Source: a virus. From it: a stretch of 64,000 nucleotides of DNA. Location: positions 1-64,000 of IMG/VR virus record IMGVR_UViG_3300034092_003233; one strand, written 5' to 3'. Shown here piece by piece: positions 1-7,814 of the stretch (position 1 is its first letter; the number at the start of each line of letters is the position of its first letter). The notes under the pieces were generated by a model. The model ran no database searches. It saw nothing but the letters and a program-made list of their open reading frames with translations, and had not been told where the DNA came from. The position numbers were made by a program, and so were the translations under genes.

Positions 1-465
1 CATTGCGTTCCAAAGTGTGTTTGAACGTCTATCCAATCGGTTAACGTATTTTTTCCAATCTTTTATTTCACCTTTCATCTCTGCTGCACGTTCAGGAGTC
101 TGTATATCCTCTGTCACCGGACGAGTTCCGACTGGATCATCAAGATCAAGATTTTTTTGGGAACGAGATAGTGGTTTTTCTGGTGTCACAACTGGATCAT
201 CAAGATCAATACCAAGAGCTTTTTCTTGGGCTCTAACTTGTGAAAGAGTTAATCGTTTTTCTGGTTTCACAACTGGATCATCAAGATCAAGATCAAGACC
301 CTTTCCCACCCTGCGTTGACCTTCTTCAAGAGGTTCAGCATTTAAAATTTCTGTCATTTCTTGAACAATTGCTTTGAGTTGATTCAACTCATGATTGGCT
401 TCCATGAGTTGTCGTTGAAGTTGATTCTTCTCGTTGATGAGTTTTTGTTGGTAAAAGTAGTCCAT
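1..465 (-). CDS. Hypothetical protein, 3'-truncated by window edge (coiled-coil N-terminus, DLDDPV repeats)
   Basis: ATG at 465 abuts the stop of the upstream gene; reads MDYFYQQKLINEKNQLQRQLMEANHELNQLK... open to position 1; absent from the ORF track. Confidence 0.8.
   Translation of the reverse strand, partial: MDYFYQQKLINEKNQLQRQLMEANHELNQLKAIVQEMTEILNAEPLEEGQRRVGKGLDLDLDDPVVKPEKRLTLSQVRAQEKALGIDLDDPVVTPEKPLSRSQKNLDLDDPVGTRPVTEDIQTPERAAEMKGEIKDWKKYVNRLDRRSNTLWNAM
131..290 (-). repeat. Three in-frame copies of actggatcatcaagatcaa (DLDDPV peptide repeat)
   Basis: Copies at 131, 191 and 272; spacings of 60 and 81 are multiples of 3. Confidence 0.85.
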
Positions 466-873
466 TTATTTTCCTTTGTTTTTGCGAAGTTGATTGTTTC
501 TTCTCAATAATCCCTCTATGTTCTTTTGTGTGCGTCTTGCACCGATCATTGCGCTCTTCAGTTCTTCATCTGATGCTCCTGCCCACGCACCACCTCTTTT
601 GTCTTGAGGTAGTGCCATTTGCCGCATCAATTCGGTTCTTGTCATGTGTGCGCCGCCGAGCATTGATTTGTTGTATGCTTCGTGACCACCTGGCGCGTCA
701 AGATGGATGTCCATTTGATCCATCGCGGCCGAATCTGCGCGATCTAATACCTCGCGTCTTTTTGGTGTGAGCCTATAGACTTCATCCAATTTCATTTGAC
801 GATATGCGTCAGCAACGGCTTTGATTTGTTTATTTGCATCCATGAGTAGATTCCTTGATCTTTTATTTATCAT
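466..873 (-). CDS. Hypothetical protein, probable internal head protein
   Basis: ATGA overlap with upstream stop at 870-873; N-terminal ...AVADAYRQMKLDE motif; basic C-terminus. Confidence 0.65.
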   Translation of the reverse strand: MINKRSRNLLMDANKQIKAVADAYRQMKLDEVYRLTPKRREVLDRADSAAMDQMDIHLDAPGGHEAYNKSMLGGAHMTRTELMRQMALPQDKRGGAWAGASDEELKSAMIGARRTQKNIEGLLRRNNQLRKNKGK

Positions 874-1397
874 TCTGCAACCGGCAACCACGGTAACCAC
901 GGTTCATTCTCTCGTCGTGAACTTCTTGAACCACCGCGATCCAATTCTTTGTCCAATGGAGCCAGATTCTGTGCTTTGATGCCTAATCGTCGCGCCCCGG
1001 CTTGGTAGATGCGGTGTTTCTTTGGATGTGTTGTGTCGTAAATGAAAACAGGGGGTTTGCCGTTTTTATGAATCTGACTGCTCACAAAGTGTGAAAAGTG
1101 GTCAAACACTCTCTTGGTGACATCTGATGGAAAATCATGAGTTGGATTATTGCTATGAGTGCCACCTACTGAAAACAAGACTTCCCAATGATGATCCCCG
1201 GTAGGACTTTTCATGAATGATGTGTGTATAGTCTTGTCGGATATCACAAAACCATTTTCTCCTCTTGGTTTGTGGTGATACACGACATAATCTTCTTTGT
1301 CAATAGTTCTATCTGGATGATCCGGGTGTGGTTCCCCTCTATTCGGTGTCTGATCACCACGAAAGATCTCTGAGAGGTATTGCCGAAAGGTGAGCAT
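870..1397 (-). CDS. Probable capsid-packaged protein with CTS-like N-terminus (MLTFRQYLSE)
   Basis: Start reassigned to ATG 1397, 5 nt after late promoter CATAAATA; resembles T4 IP CTS MKTYQEFIAE. Confidence 0.7.
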   Translation of the reverse strand: MLTFRQYLSEIFRGDQTPNRGEPHPDHPDRTIDKEDYVVYHHKPRGENGFVISDKTIHTSFMKSPTGDHHWEVLFSVGGTHSNNPTHDFPSDVTKRVFDHFSHFVSSQIHKNGKPPVFIYDTTHPKKHRIYQAGARRLGIKAQNLAPLDKELDRGGSRSSRRENEPWLPWLPVAE

Positions 1398-1402
1398 GAA
1401 AT

Positions 1403-1421
1403 TATTTATGAAATCTACATA
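1403..1421. promoter_or_regulatory. Back-to-back T4-type late promoters (CATAAATA minus, CTACATA plus)
   Basis: Match to T4 gp55 consensus TATAAATA and to a recurring variant, between divergent genes. Confidence 0.6.
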
Positions 1422-1484
1422 ATATTTGACAGACCATTCAAACATACACCCATTGAATGTCGTACAACCATATGGAGGAAAACC

Positions 1485-2891
1485 ATGAAAACTATACTGA
1501 TCGTTCTAATGAGTTTGCTGATGATGGCTGGAGTAGAAAAGGACAAGACAACTCCCGAAGTGAATACTTTCTTTGTGCAATGGAAAGATGATATGAACAA
1601 AGATGCCATTTTGGCGAATGTTCACGGAATCGAAACCGTAGAACATTATTCCCATATTCCGAACCTTACCCTTGTGAACATGGAAAATGTGGCTTTTATG
1701 GAACCAGCCATGTCCACCCTTTTGATGAATCCAAATGTCGAATTTGTGGAGCAAGATAAAGTCTTTGTGGCACAACAGACTGAAGTGATTCCGAACGATA
1801 GTGGGTTTTCGCAATGTTGGGGGCATCGAAACATTGGTCAGTCTGGTGGACTTATCAACTTTGACATGAACACAACCAATGCGTGGACAATAACAAAAGG
1901 TTCTGCGAATATTCGTATTCTTGTGTTTGAGACAGGTATACAACAGGATCATCCAGACATCAACCAACTACCCGGAAGGGATTTCACCACGGGTGTGGTG
2001 AATGGGGTAGCAGGGGGAGGTCCAAGCACTTCATTTGACAATCATGGCACAGCGGTGGCAGGATGCATCACAGGAATCATCAATAATTTAATTGGCACAG
2101 TAGGAGTTGCACCTGACTGCAAGGTGGTCTCTGCCAAGGTGGGTACGGCAAATACGGCAGGATCATGGCAAGGACAGACATCTTGGACGGTGAATGCAAT
2201 CAATTGGGGAATTGCAAACGGTGTCCGTGTTACGAACAATAGCAACGACTATGGTACGGCATCGACTGCCATGACGAATGCGTATATCGCTGCACGGAAT
2301 GCAGGAGTAGTCAACTTCGCAAGTTCGGGAAACTCAGGAAACACAAGCATCGCATTTCCTGCACGATCAAACGGAGTGATCGCAGTCGGTGCATCGAACC
2401 GAAACGGTCAGAAGGCTTCATTTTCTTCTTATGGGACAAAACTTGCATTTGTTGCAGCAGGACAATCAATCTATACAACGGATCGAACAGGATCGAATGG
2501 ATATGGATCGGGAGACTATACAATCATTGACGGCACATCGTTCTCTTCGCCATATGCAGCCGGAGTTGCTGCCCTCATATTATCTGCGAATCCATCTTTG
2601 TCTGCTTCTGAAGTAGAAACAATCATGCAAACTACATGCCGAGACATGAGTACCATTGGATATGATACTCTCACCGGGTGGGGAATGCTGAATGCCGAAG
2701 AAGCAGTTCGTGTCGCTCTTCCCCCATCCTGTCCCCTAGATTTCAACGGAGATAGAAATGTAGATGGAGGGGATCTTGGTATCTTGCTTGGTTCTTGGGG
2801 AACGTCCGAAAATGATATCAATGGCGACGGAACAACAGATGGAATGGATTTAGGTATCTTCCTTGGCAGTTGGGGTTCTTGTCAGGCATAA
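1485..2891 (+). CDS. Secreted S8 subtilisin-like serine protease with C-terminal dockerin/EF-hand-like repeat
   Basis: SD GGAGG before ATG 1485; hydrophobic signal peptide; motifs LVFETG, DNHGTAVAG, SSGN, DGTSFSSP; C-terminal DFNGDRNVDGGDLGILLGSWG-type repeat x2. Confidence 0.92.
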   Translation: MKTILIVLMSLLMMAGVEKDKTTPEVNTFFVQWKDDMNKDAILANVHGIETVEHYSHIPNLTLVNMENVAFMEPAMSTLLMNPNVEFVEQDKVFVAQQTEVIPNDSGFSQCWGHRNIGQSGGLINFDMNTTNAWTITKGSANIRILVFETGIQQDHPDINQLPGRDFTTGVVNGVAGGGPSTSFDNHGTAVAGCITGIINNLIGTVGVAPDCKVVSAKVGTANTAGSWQGQTSWTVNAINWGIANGVRVTNNSNDYGTASTAMTNAYIAARNAGVVNFASSGNSGNTSIAFPARSNGVIAVGASNRNGQKASFSSYGTKLAFVAAGQSIYTTDRTGSNGYGSGDYTIIDGTSFSSPYAAGVAALILSANPSLSASEVETIMQTTCRDMSTIGYDTLTGWGMLNAEEAVRVALPPSCPLDFNGDRNVDGGDLGILLGSWGTSENDINGDGTTDGMDLGIFLGSWGSCQA

Positions 2892-2893
2892 AA

Positions 2894-2920
2894 AAGTCCC
2901 TATTGCTAGGGACTTCTTTC
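2894..2920. terminator. Bidirectional intrinsic terminator
   Basis: AAGTCCCTA-ttgc-TAGGGACTT flanked by A/T tracts between convergent genes. Confidence 0.75.
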
Positions 2921-2949
2921 ATGGCATGGAGAGGGTTTTGTATTGCTGT

Positions 2950-3468
2950 TTAGGGATTGCCGAAAGCGTTTCTTCTTCTTTTATCTGCCTTCAATTTCTT
3001 AGCAACTGTATCTGTGGCTGATCCTAAAGTTCTCATCCCGTGTTCTGTTTGTCTTGAAGCAGGCATTGTTCTTTCTCTTTGAACTCCTTGAGCAATTGTA
3101 GAGCCTGCATCTAGTAGTCCACCGATCAATGCTTTATTACTTGGCAAGTTTTCGATGCCTTTCACTATCTTTTTTCCTACTTGTTGTGCTGCACCAACTA
3201 CTGCGGTTCGTGCTTTCGTGGCGAGATTACTCAGCACACCTTCGTTCACGGGTTCTCCCATTCTCTTTTTTATCATGTTTATGATTCTTTGTTTGTCTTC
3301 ATATTCTTTGGCATATTCACCTGCTTTTTCTGGTGTTCCAAATTTTTTCTCTATTGCTTCGCCGGTTTTAGCCGATTCTGCTTCGTGTGTTCTGAATATA
3401 CGAAGCCGCTTTAGTGCTCTTTGTCCTGCTGGAGTGTCGCCTATTTCGTTTAGTAGTTTTTTGTTCAT
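2950..3468 (-). CDS. Probable internal head protein (MNKKLLNE/IGDT)
   Basis: ATGA coupling at 3465-3468; LLNE and PVNE motifs; basic, helical. Confidence 0.65.
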   Translation of the reverse strand: MNKKLLNEIGDTPAGQRALKRLRIFRTHEAESAKTGEAIEKKFGTPEKAGEYAKEYEDKQRIINMIKKRMGEPVNEGVLSNLATKARTAVVGAAQQVGKKIVKGIENLPSNKALIGGLLDAGSTIAQGVQRERTMPASRQTEHGMRTLGSATDTVAKKLKADKRRRNAFGNP

Positions 3469-4136
3469 GGGTTTTCCTTTTTTGGTTGTTCTGGGTGATG
3501 TATTAAAAGCCAATAGTACCCAGATTGGTGACCACCGCCCGAAGTCGATGAATATACTGTGTTATGGTGTTCTGGCTTATCTGGATCGTAATCATGTATG
3601 CGTTCTCCTGTTCGGGTATTCAAGGCACTTACTTTTCCCATTTTTGCCAAATTTTTCCAGACATTTTGCCCGCCTCTGGATTGTCGGGTGCCACTAACGA
3701 CAGGCATATTCAAATGCTGTGATATCATTCTATAAACATGAGATGGCAATCCAGACACCCTGGCTTTCCTTCCACTATGACTTAATTGAAACAATGGATG
3801 TTGAGACACCAAATGTTTTGGGAGATCCATAAAACCTGGTTTTTCTTCCGAAAAAGTAACTACTCCAACTCGGTTGCCTTTATGAGTAACAACAGCATGA
3901 TGTTGCCTGTATATGTGCCCGCCAATTGATCCAACCATTTCAGTAGGGACATGATGGACTTCATATGGTCCAATTTCTCCTATTTTCTTTAAAGGAGTAT
4001 CCCCTTTGGCTGTATCCAAAGATTTTAATCTATAGCGAAGGTCTGCCGCTCTAAATGCCTTATCCTCTTTGCTTTGCTCGTACTCATCATCAAGATAAGG
4101 CATATCTTCTGAAATAAATTGCTTGAATCTCAACAT
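3465..4136 (-). CDS. Probable capsid-packaged protein with CTS (MLRFKQFISE), GNAT-like C-terminal half
   Basis: ATG 4136 lies 5 nt after CTACATA; GLPSHVY...VVSGTRQSRGGQNVW resembles acetyltransferase-fold phage domains. Confidence 0.6.
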   Translation of the reverse strand: MLRFKQFISEDMPYLDDEYEQSKEDKAFRAADLRYRLKSLDTAKGDTPLKKIGEIGPYEVHHVPTEMVGSIGGHIYRQHHAVVTHKGNRVGVVTFSEEKPGFMDLPKHLVSQHPLFQLSHSGRKARVSGLPSHVYRMISQHLNMPVVSGTRQSRGGQNVWKNLAKMGKVSALNTRTGERIHDYDPDKPEHHNTVYSSTSGGGHQSGYYWLLIHHPEQPKKENP

Positions 4137-4151
4137 AGAAGTATGTAGAAT
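4123..4151 (+). promoter_or_regulatory. Sigma70-type promoter overlapping a minus-strand late promoter
   Basis: TTGAAT-17 nt-TAGAAT upstream of ATG 4161; CTACATA on the minus strand at 4148-4142. Confidence 0.6.
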
Positions 4152-4160
4152 ACTAAAACA

Positions 4161-4460
4161 ATGACTGAACACCAACCCTTAGACTACCGCCTTCGCTGCC
4201 ACTCGAAGCGCACCGATCTTCCCCCTGATGTTCTGCGGGATATCTGTGAGTCGTATGAGTATATGCAACTTCTTCGTGATGAATTGACTGAGCGTATTCA
4301 TATGTGTGATATGCGTTCAGAAAAGATTCTTGAACTTACTGCCGAGCGCGACGAGGCGAGACGGGAGATATGCGTTATGCTTGAAGATGCAACCAACAAT
4401 CACCGAGAAAATCACGCAAAGAGGTGGGGCTGGGACTGTTTCAAGGAGGACGGCAAGTGA
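4161..4460 (+). CDS. Hypothetical phage protein (ERDEARR coiled-coil)
   Basis: ORF downstream of promoter, coupled to next gene by GTGA overlap. Confidence 0.75.
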   Translation: MTEHQPLDYRLRCHSKRTDLPPDVLRDICESYEYMQLLRDELTERIHMCDMRSEKILELTAERDEARREICVMLEDATNNHRENHAKRWGWDCFKEDGK

Positions 4461-4648
4461 ACGCAACCGCAGACTGGCTACGATTCACAATAGGTCAGAT
4501 TCGCAATGAGATTGACTGCCGTATCGAACATGGGGCGGACAGCAACGGACACTTGGAGGCGATCCGTGACATGATCGACCAAAAATTGTATTCGCAGGAA
4601 GCAATGAACAGACTCGCACAACTTGATGAAGAACTTGGACTACACTAA
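4457..4648 (+). CDS. Small hypothetical phage protein
   Basis: GTG start with SD AAGGAGG; GTGA overlap. Confidence 0.7.
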   Translation: MNATADWLRFTIGQIRNEIDCRIEHGADSNGHLEAIRDMIDQKLYSQEAMNRLAQLDEELGLH

Positions 4649-4649
4649 T

Positions 4650-5111
4650 ATGGGATACGCAGTTTCAACGATCTATGATATCGGACAGAAGTTTTCTTCG
4701 TCCATCGACCAAGGCTCCATGTACATGGAGGTATCGTACACCAATCCCTTGAAGTTCGATCCCACGCTGACGATTGCGGAGCCTCGCTCCGAAGCAATCG
4801 TGGAGCCTACGGTGTCTAACTATGTCGCAGCCACTCGCCCATTCTTCATGGGTTCGTTTGATGGCTTTTGGGTTCACAAGGTCTACAACAACGGCAACCT
4901 TGTGATGACCGTGCAGACCGTCGATCAGGATATGTTCATCCCCGTACAGCACGACCGTGTTGAGAGCGTGTCTATGGAGTTGCCGACTGAGAGCATTCCC
5001 TACGATGGCCCTGTGCGTCCTCCTGTGCCTGCACCGGGTGTGAGCGCAATGCTTGGACTGGCTGCTCTACTTGCCATTGGTCGAAAGAGAAATAAAAATG
5101 GAACAAATTGA
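4650..5111 (+). CDS. PEP-CTERM-like (VPAPG) sorting-domain protein
   Basis: C-terminus PVPAPGVSAMLGLAALLAIGRKR: Pro motif, TM helix, basic cluster. Confidence 0.8.
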   Translation: MGYAVSTIYDIGQKFSSSIDQGSMYMEVSYTNPLKFDPTLTIAEPRSEAIVEPTVSNYVAATRPFFMGSFDGFWVHKVYNNGNLVMTVQTVDQDMFIPVQHDRVESVSMELPTESIPYDGPVRPPVPAPGVSAMLGLAALLAIGRKRNKNGTN

Positions 5112-5211
5112 ATTTTACATTTTTGCAATTTTTGTTGGACTCCCAATGATTACTTTATGGGGAGGACATTTTATAATTTGGCTAATAGATAGAAAAAAGA
5201 ATAGATGGTAA
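5098..5211 (+). CDS. 37-aa single-pass membrane protein
   Basis: MEQIEFYIFAIFVGLPMITLWGGHFIIWLIDRKKNRW; fills gap before terminator. Confidence 0.55.
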   Translation: MEQIEFYIFAIFVGLPMITLWGGHFIIWLIDRKKNRW

Positions 5212-5214
5212 AGA

Positions 5215-5238
5215 AAAACCCACCTCACGGTGGGTTTT
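5215..5238. terminator. Bidirectional intrinsic terminator
   Basis: AAAACCCACC-tcac-GGTGGGTTTT between convergent genes. Confidence 0.8.
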
Positions 5239-5259
5239 CCCAATTAGGATGTTATGTTT

Positions 5260-5532
5260 TTACTTTTTCTTTAACAGGCTATGAATATTACTTAATTCTT
5301 TACTATATTTGGTTTTTAGTTTATTCAATTTACCTTTGTCAAATCTTTTAAGTTGTTCTAAGGTGTGGCTTTCTTTTATAGAACTTTTTTCTGGCATCAT
5401 TGATTCTGCAATAACATTCTCATATGCAAAAACCTTCTCTTGTAGTTGCTTGATTTGTTTGTTTACTTTGGCAAGTTCTAATTGAAGTTGTTGATTTTCT
5501 CTTACTAGTTTTTGTTGAAAAATGTGATCCAT
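5260..5532 (-). CDS. Small coiled-coil late protein, N-terminus paralogous to 1-465 ORF
   Basis: SD GGAG, TATAAATA upstream; MDHIFQQKLVRENQQLQ. Confidence 0.75.
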   Translation of the reverse strand: MDHIFQQKLVRENQQLQLELAKVNKQIKQLQEKVFAYENVIAESMMPEKSSIKESHTLEQLKRFDKGKLNKLKTKYSKELSNIHSLLKKK

Positions 5533-5547
5533 AAAATTCTCCAAATG

Positions 5548-5563
5548 TATTTATATCTAAATA
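5548..5563. promoter_or_regulatory. Back-to-back late promoters (TATAAATA minus, CTAAATA plus)
   Basis: Exact T4 late consensus on minus strand at 5555-5548; CTAAATA at 5557-5563. Confidence 0.7.
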
Positions 5564-5568
5564 GATTT

Positions 5569-6771
5569 ATGAAAGAAACCATGTCATTTAAACCATTTTT
5601 TGAATCAAGACTAAAAGATGCAATGCTAAAGGCAAGAGAGCGTCCGGCCATAGTTGCTACCAAAGCGGCTAGACTAGAAAAAGCAAAAGAAACACATAAA
5701 GCAATACAAGCCGCACTCAATGGTGGCAAAATTGTTTCTATACGAGCAAGAAAAACACCAGACTTTGAAGCACCAGCAGTAGATCATCATCTTGTGATGC
5801 ATCAAGGAAGTCTAATGCTTGTTGATCCAAGAGGAATGGGAAAACATGTATCCCTGTTGACTGCATCCGACACCGGACACATTGTGGTTAATTTTAAAGA
5901 GAAAAACAGAAGAGCCCCTAAACCAATTTATCTACATGCCGGCCACGGTGCTGTTGGTGATATGATTGAAACTGATGTTGATTCTTCTCCATATAGAGTT
6001 TCTATGATTGGTGGAAATCCACAATTCAGAGGATTGCCCGATCTATCAGAAGAAACTAGCAAATTTCGTATTATGAATCTTCTAGAACAGCGTCTTGAAA
6101 AAAAAAAAATTGGTGATGTAATCAAAGCAGTTGGTGGTGGACTTGCACTTGCCGGTGCAGTAATTGGTGGTCACCAAGCATATTTAAGATCAAAGCCAAA
6201 ACCAATAAAAACAGAAATTGTTGCTCCCCAAGAAAACATAGGATCTGGGAAAGTTGTAGCACAGACAAAACAAGAGCAACCAACATCTAAAGCACACATT
6301 ATAGCATCTGAACTGATAAGAGAACGAGAAGGATTCAGATCAACAGCGTATAATAAAGATGGGCGGTGGACAATTGGACATGGAAACACTAGGTATTCAA
6401 ACGGAACCCCAGTCAGAGCCGGAGACACAATTACCAGAGAACAAGCAGACAAGGAACACGAACACCACATCCAACATGTGGTGATACCAAAATTAGAAAA
6501 GACTATTCCTCATTGGGGAACCATGAACGACCATCAAAGAGCATCGTTAATTAGTTTTTCATATAATGTTGGTGAAAATTTTTACGGGCACAAAAATTAC
6601 GAGACAGTAACACATGCACTTAGCCATCCCGATAACTGGCACAAAGTTCCATCAGCAATGGCTCTCTACACCAAGGCACTTGATCCAAAAACAGGAAAAA
6701 AAGTTGAACTTAGAGGTCTAAAAATAAGAAGAGAGCAAGAAGGAAAATTATGGGAAAAACCAGTCAGTTGA
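5569..6771 (+). CDS. Multidomain protein: CTS-like N-terminus, unknown domain, hydrophobic segment, C-terminal GH24 phage lysozyme
   Basis: LIREREGFRSTAYNKDGRWTIGHG, ASLISFSYNVG and GLKIRREQE are GH24 lysozyme motifs; VGGGLALAGAVIGG hydrophobic stretch. Confidence 0.85.
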   Translation: MKETMSFKPFFESRLKDAMLKARERPAIVATKAARLEKAKETHKAIQAALNGGKIVSIRARKTPDFEAPAVDHHLVMHQGSLMLVDPRGMGKHVSLLTASDTGHIVVNFKEKNRRAPKPIYLHAGHGAVGDMIETDVDSSPYRVSMIGGNPQFRGLPDLSEETSKFRIMNLLEQRLEKKKIGDVIKAVGGGLALAGAVIGGHQAYLRSKPKPIKTEIVAPQENIGSGKVVAQTKQEQPTSKAHIIASELIREREGFRSTAYNKDGRWTIGHGNTRYSNGTPVRAGDTITREQADKEHEHHIQHVVIPKLEKTIPHWGTMNDHQRASLISFSYNVGENFYGHKNYETVTHALSHPDNWHKVPSAMALYTKALDPKTGKKVELRGLKIRREQEGKLWEKPVS

Positions 6772-7000
6772 GTTCGAACGCAATAGCGCCGGCAGTTAGT
6801 GTTATACCATAAACAGAGACTGGAATGACTGTGACTGTGTTAGCGGCTCCAGTGATACCACAAGTAGAAGAAACCCAGTCTCCACCGGAAATTCCCTTAA
6901 ATTCTACCGTAGCACCCACCCCACCAATTAACATGATACCTTTATTTTTTTGTAATTTGCCGTTTGCGACTATTCTTCTGGCGCTTTTGTAGATATCCAT
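6764..7000 (-). CDS. Small late (probably virion) protein
   Basis: SD GAGG before ATG 7000; late-promoter variant TATACATA upstream. Confidence 0.65.
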   Translation of the reverse strand: MDIYKSARRIVANGKLQKNKGIMLIGGVGATVEFKGISGGDWVSSTCGITGAANTVTVIPVSVYGITLTAGAIAFELN

Positions 7001-7026
7001 TTTTTGTTCCTCTTTACAAGTAAAAG

Positions 7027-7043
7027 TATGTATACTATAAATA
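7027..7043. promoter_or_regulatory. Back-to-back late promoters (ATACATA minus, TATAAATA plus)
   Basis: Exact TATAAATA at 7036-7043. Confidence 0.7.
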
Positions 7044-7060
7044 GAATTACGGAGATTCAT

Positions 7061-7777
7061 ATGAACAACCAAACCAAACAAGTTTTAGACACAGTTTTAT
7101 CAATAGTCAATAAAGACCAAAACATAACAGATTTAGCAACAAATTTGATTTTTGAGTCAGTTTGTGTATTTGAATCTATGTTTGAACCGCTAACAGAAGA
7201 ACAAGAACAATACTTGATTGATTTGGCAATCGATCATATGAAGGATCCATATCAAGTAGATGTCAATCTAAATGAGTCCGTAGACTATTTGGTAGAAAAT
7301 CATTCTCCACAAGAAGTTTTTATAGCACTGTTGGAATTAAAAATTAATCCATCACTAGTTCAACTTTCTAAACAAAAACCCAAGGACTCCGACGATGAAG
7401 AAGACGAGGAAGCGGCAGCAGAAGAGGAAGAATTAAGAAAAAGACAAGAAACAAATACATTAAATCCATTCGGAACAATGGGTACAATGATACAAGCCGC
7501 CACAACAGGTGTTATGACTCAACCCGGCATGAATATAATCAATAGATCTCCCATAATGAATGAAGAAAATGAGAATGCACTCAAAAAACATAAAAAGAAA
7601 ATCTTCAAAATTAGTTTTATGGATAAAGGGGTGAAGAAAAAAGGAACCGCGGTTTCGCATAAAGGAGTTATGCGAATTGTTTCTGGTAAAAGTCATTTTA
7701 AGGTTTATGATGAAAAAAACAGAGATGTTACTTCTGAATTTAAATCACACAAATCTAGCCATAAAAAGAAAAAATAA
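7061..7777 (+). CDS. Probable prohead core/internal protein (acidic, many LxE sites, basic tail)
   Basis: SD GGAG; LTEE, LNES, LVEN, LLE, MNEE motifs. Confidence 0.6.
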   Translation: MNNQTKQVLDTVLSIVNKDQNITDLATNLIFESVCVFESMFEPLTEEQEQYLIDLAIDHMKDPYQVDVNLNESVDYLVENHSPQEVFIALLELKINPSLVQLSKQKPKDSDDEEDEEAAAEEEELRKRQETNTLNPFGTMGTMIQAATTGVMTQPGMNIINRSPIMNEENENALKKHKKKIFKISFMDKGVKKKGTAVSHKGVMRIVSGKSHFKVYDEKNRDVTSEFKSHKSSHKKKK

Positions 7778-7814
7778 TAACTGACTTACACTAAAATGTG
7801 TATTATACTTTGTA

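Noticed and set aside
131-290. Three 19-bp repeats resembling a mini CRISPR array
   Set aside because: Uneven spacing in multiples of 3, inside an ORF encoding DLDDPV repeats; no cas operon
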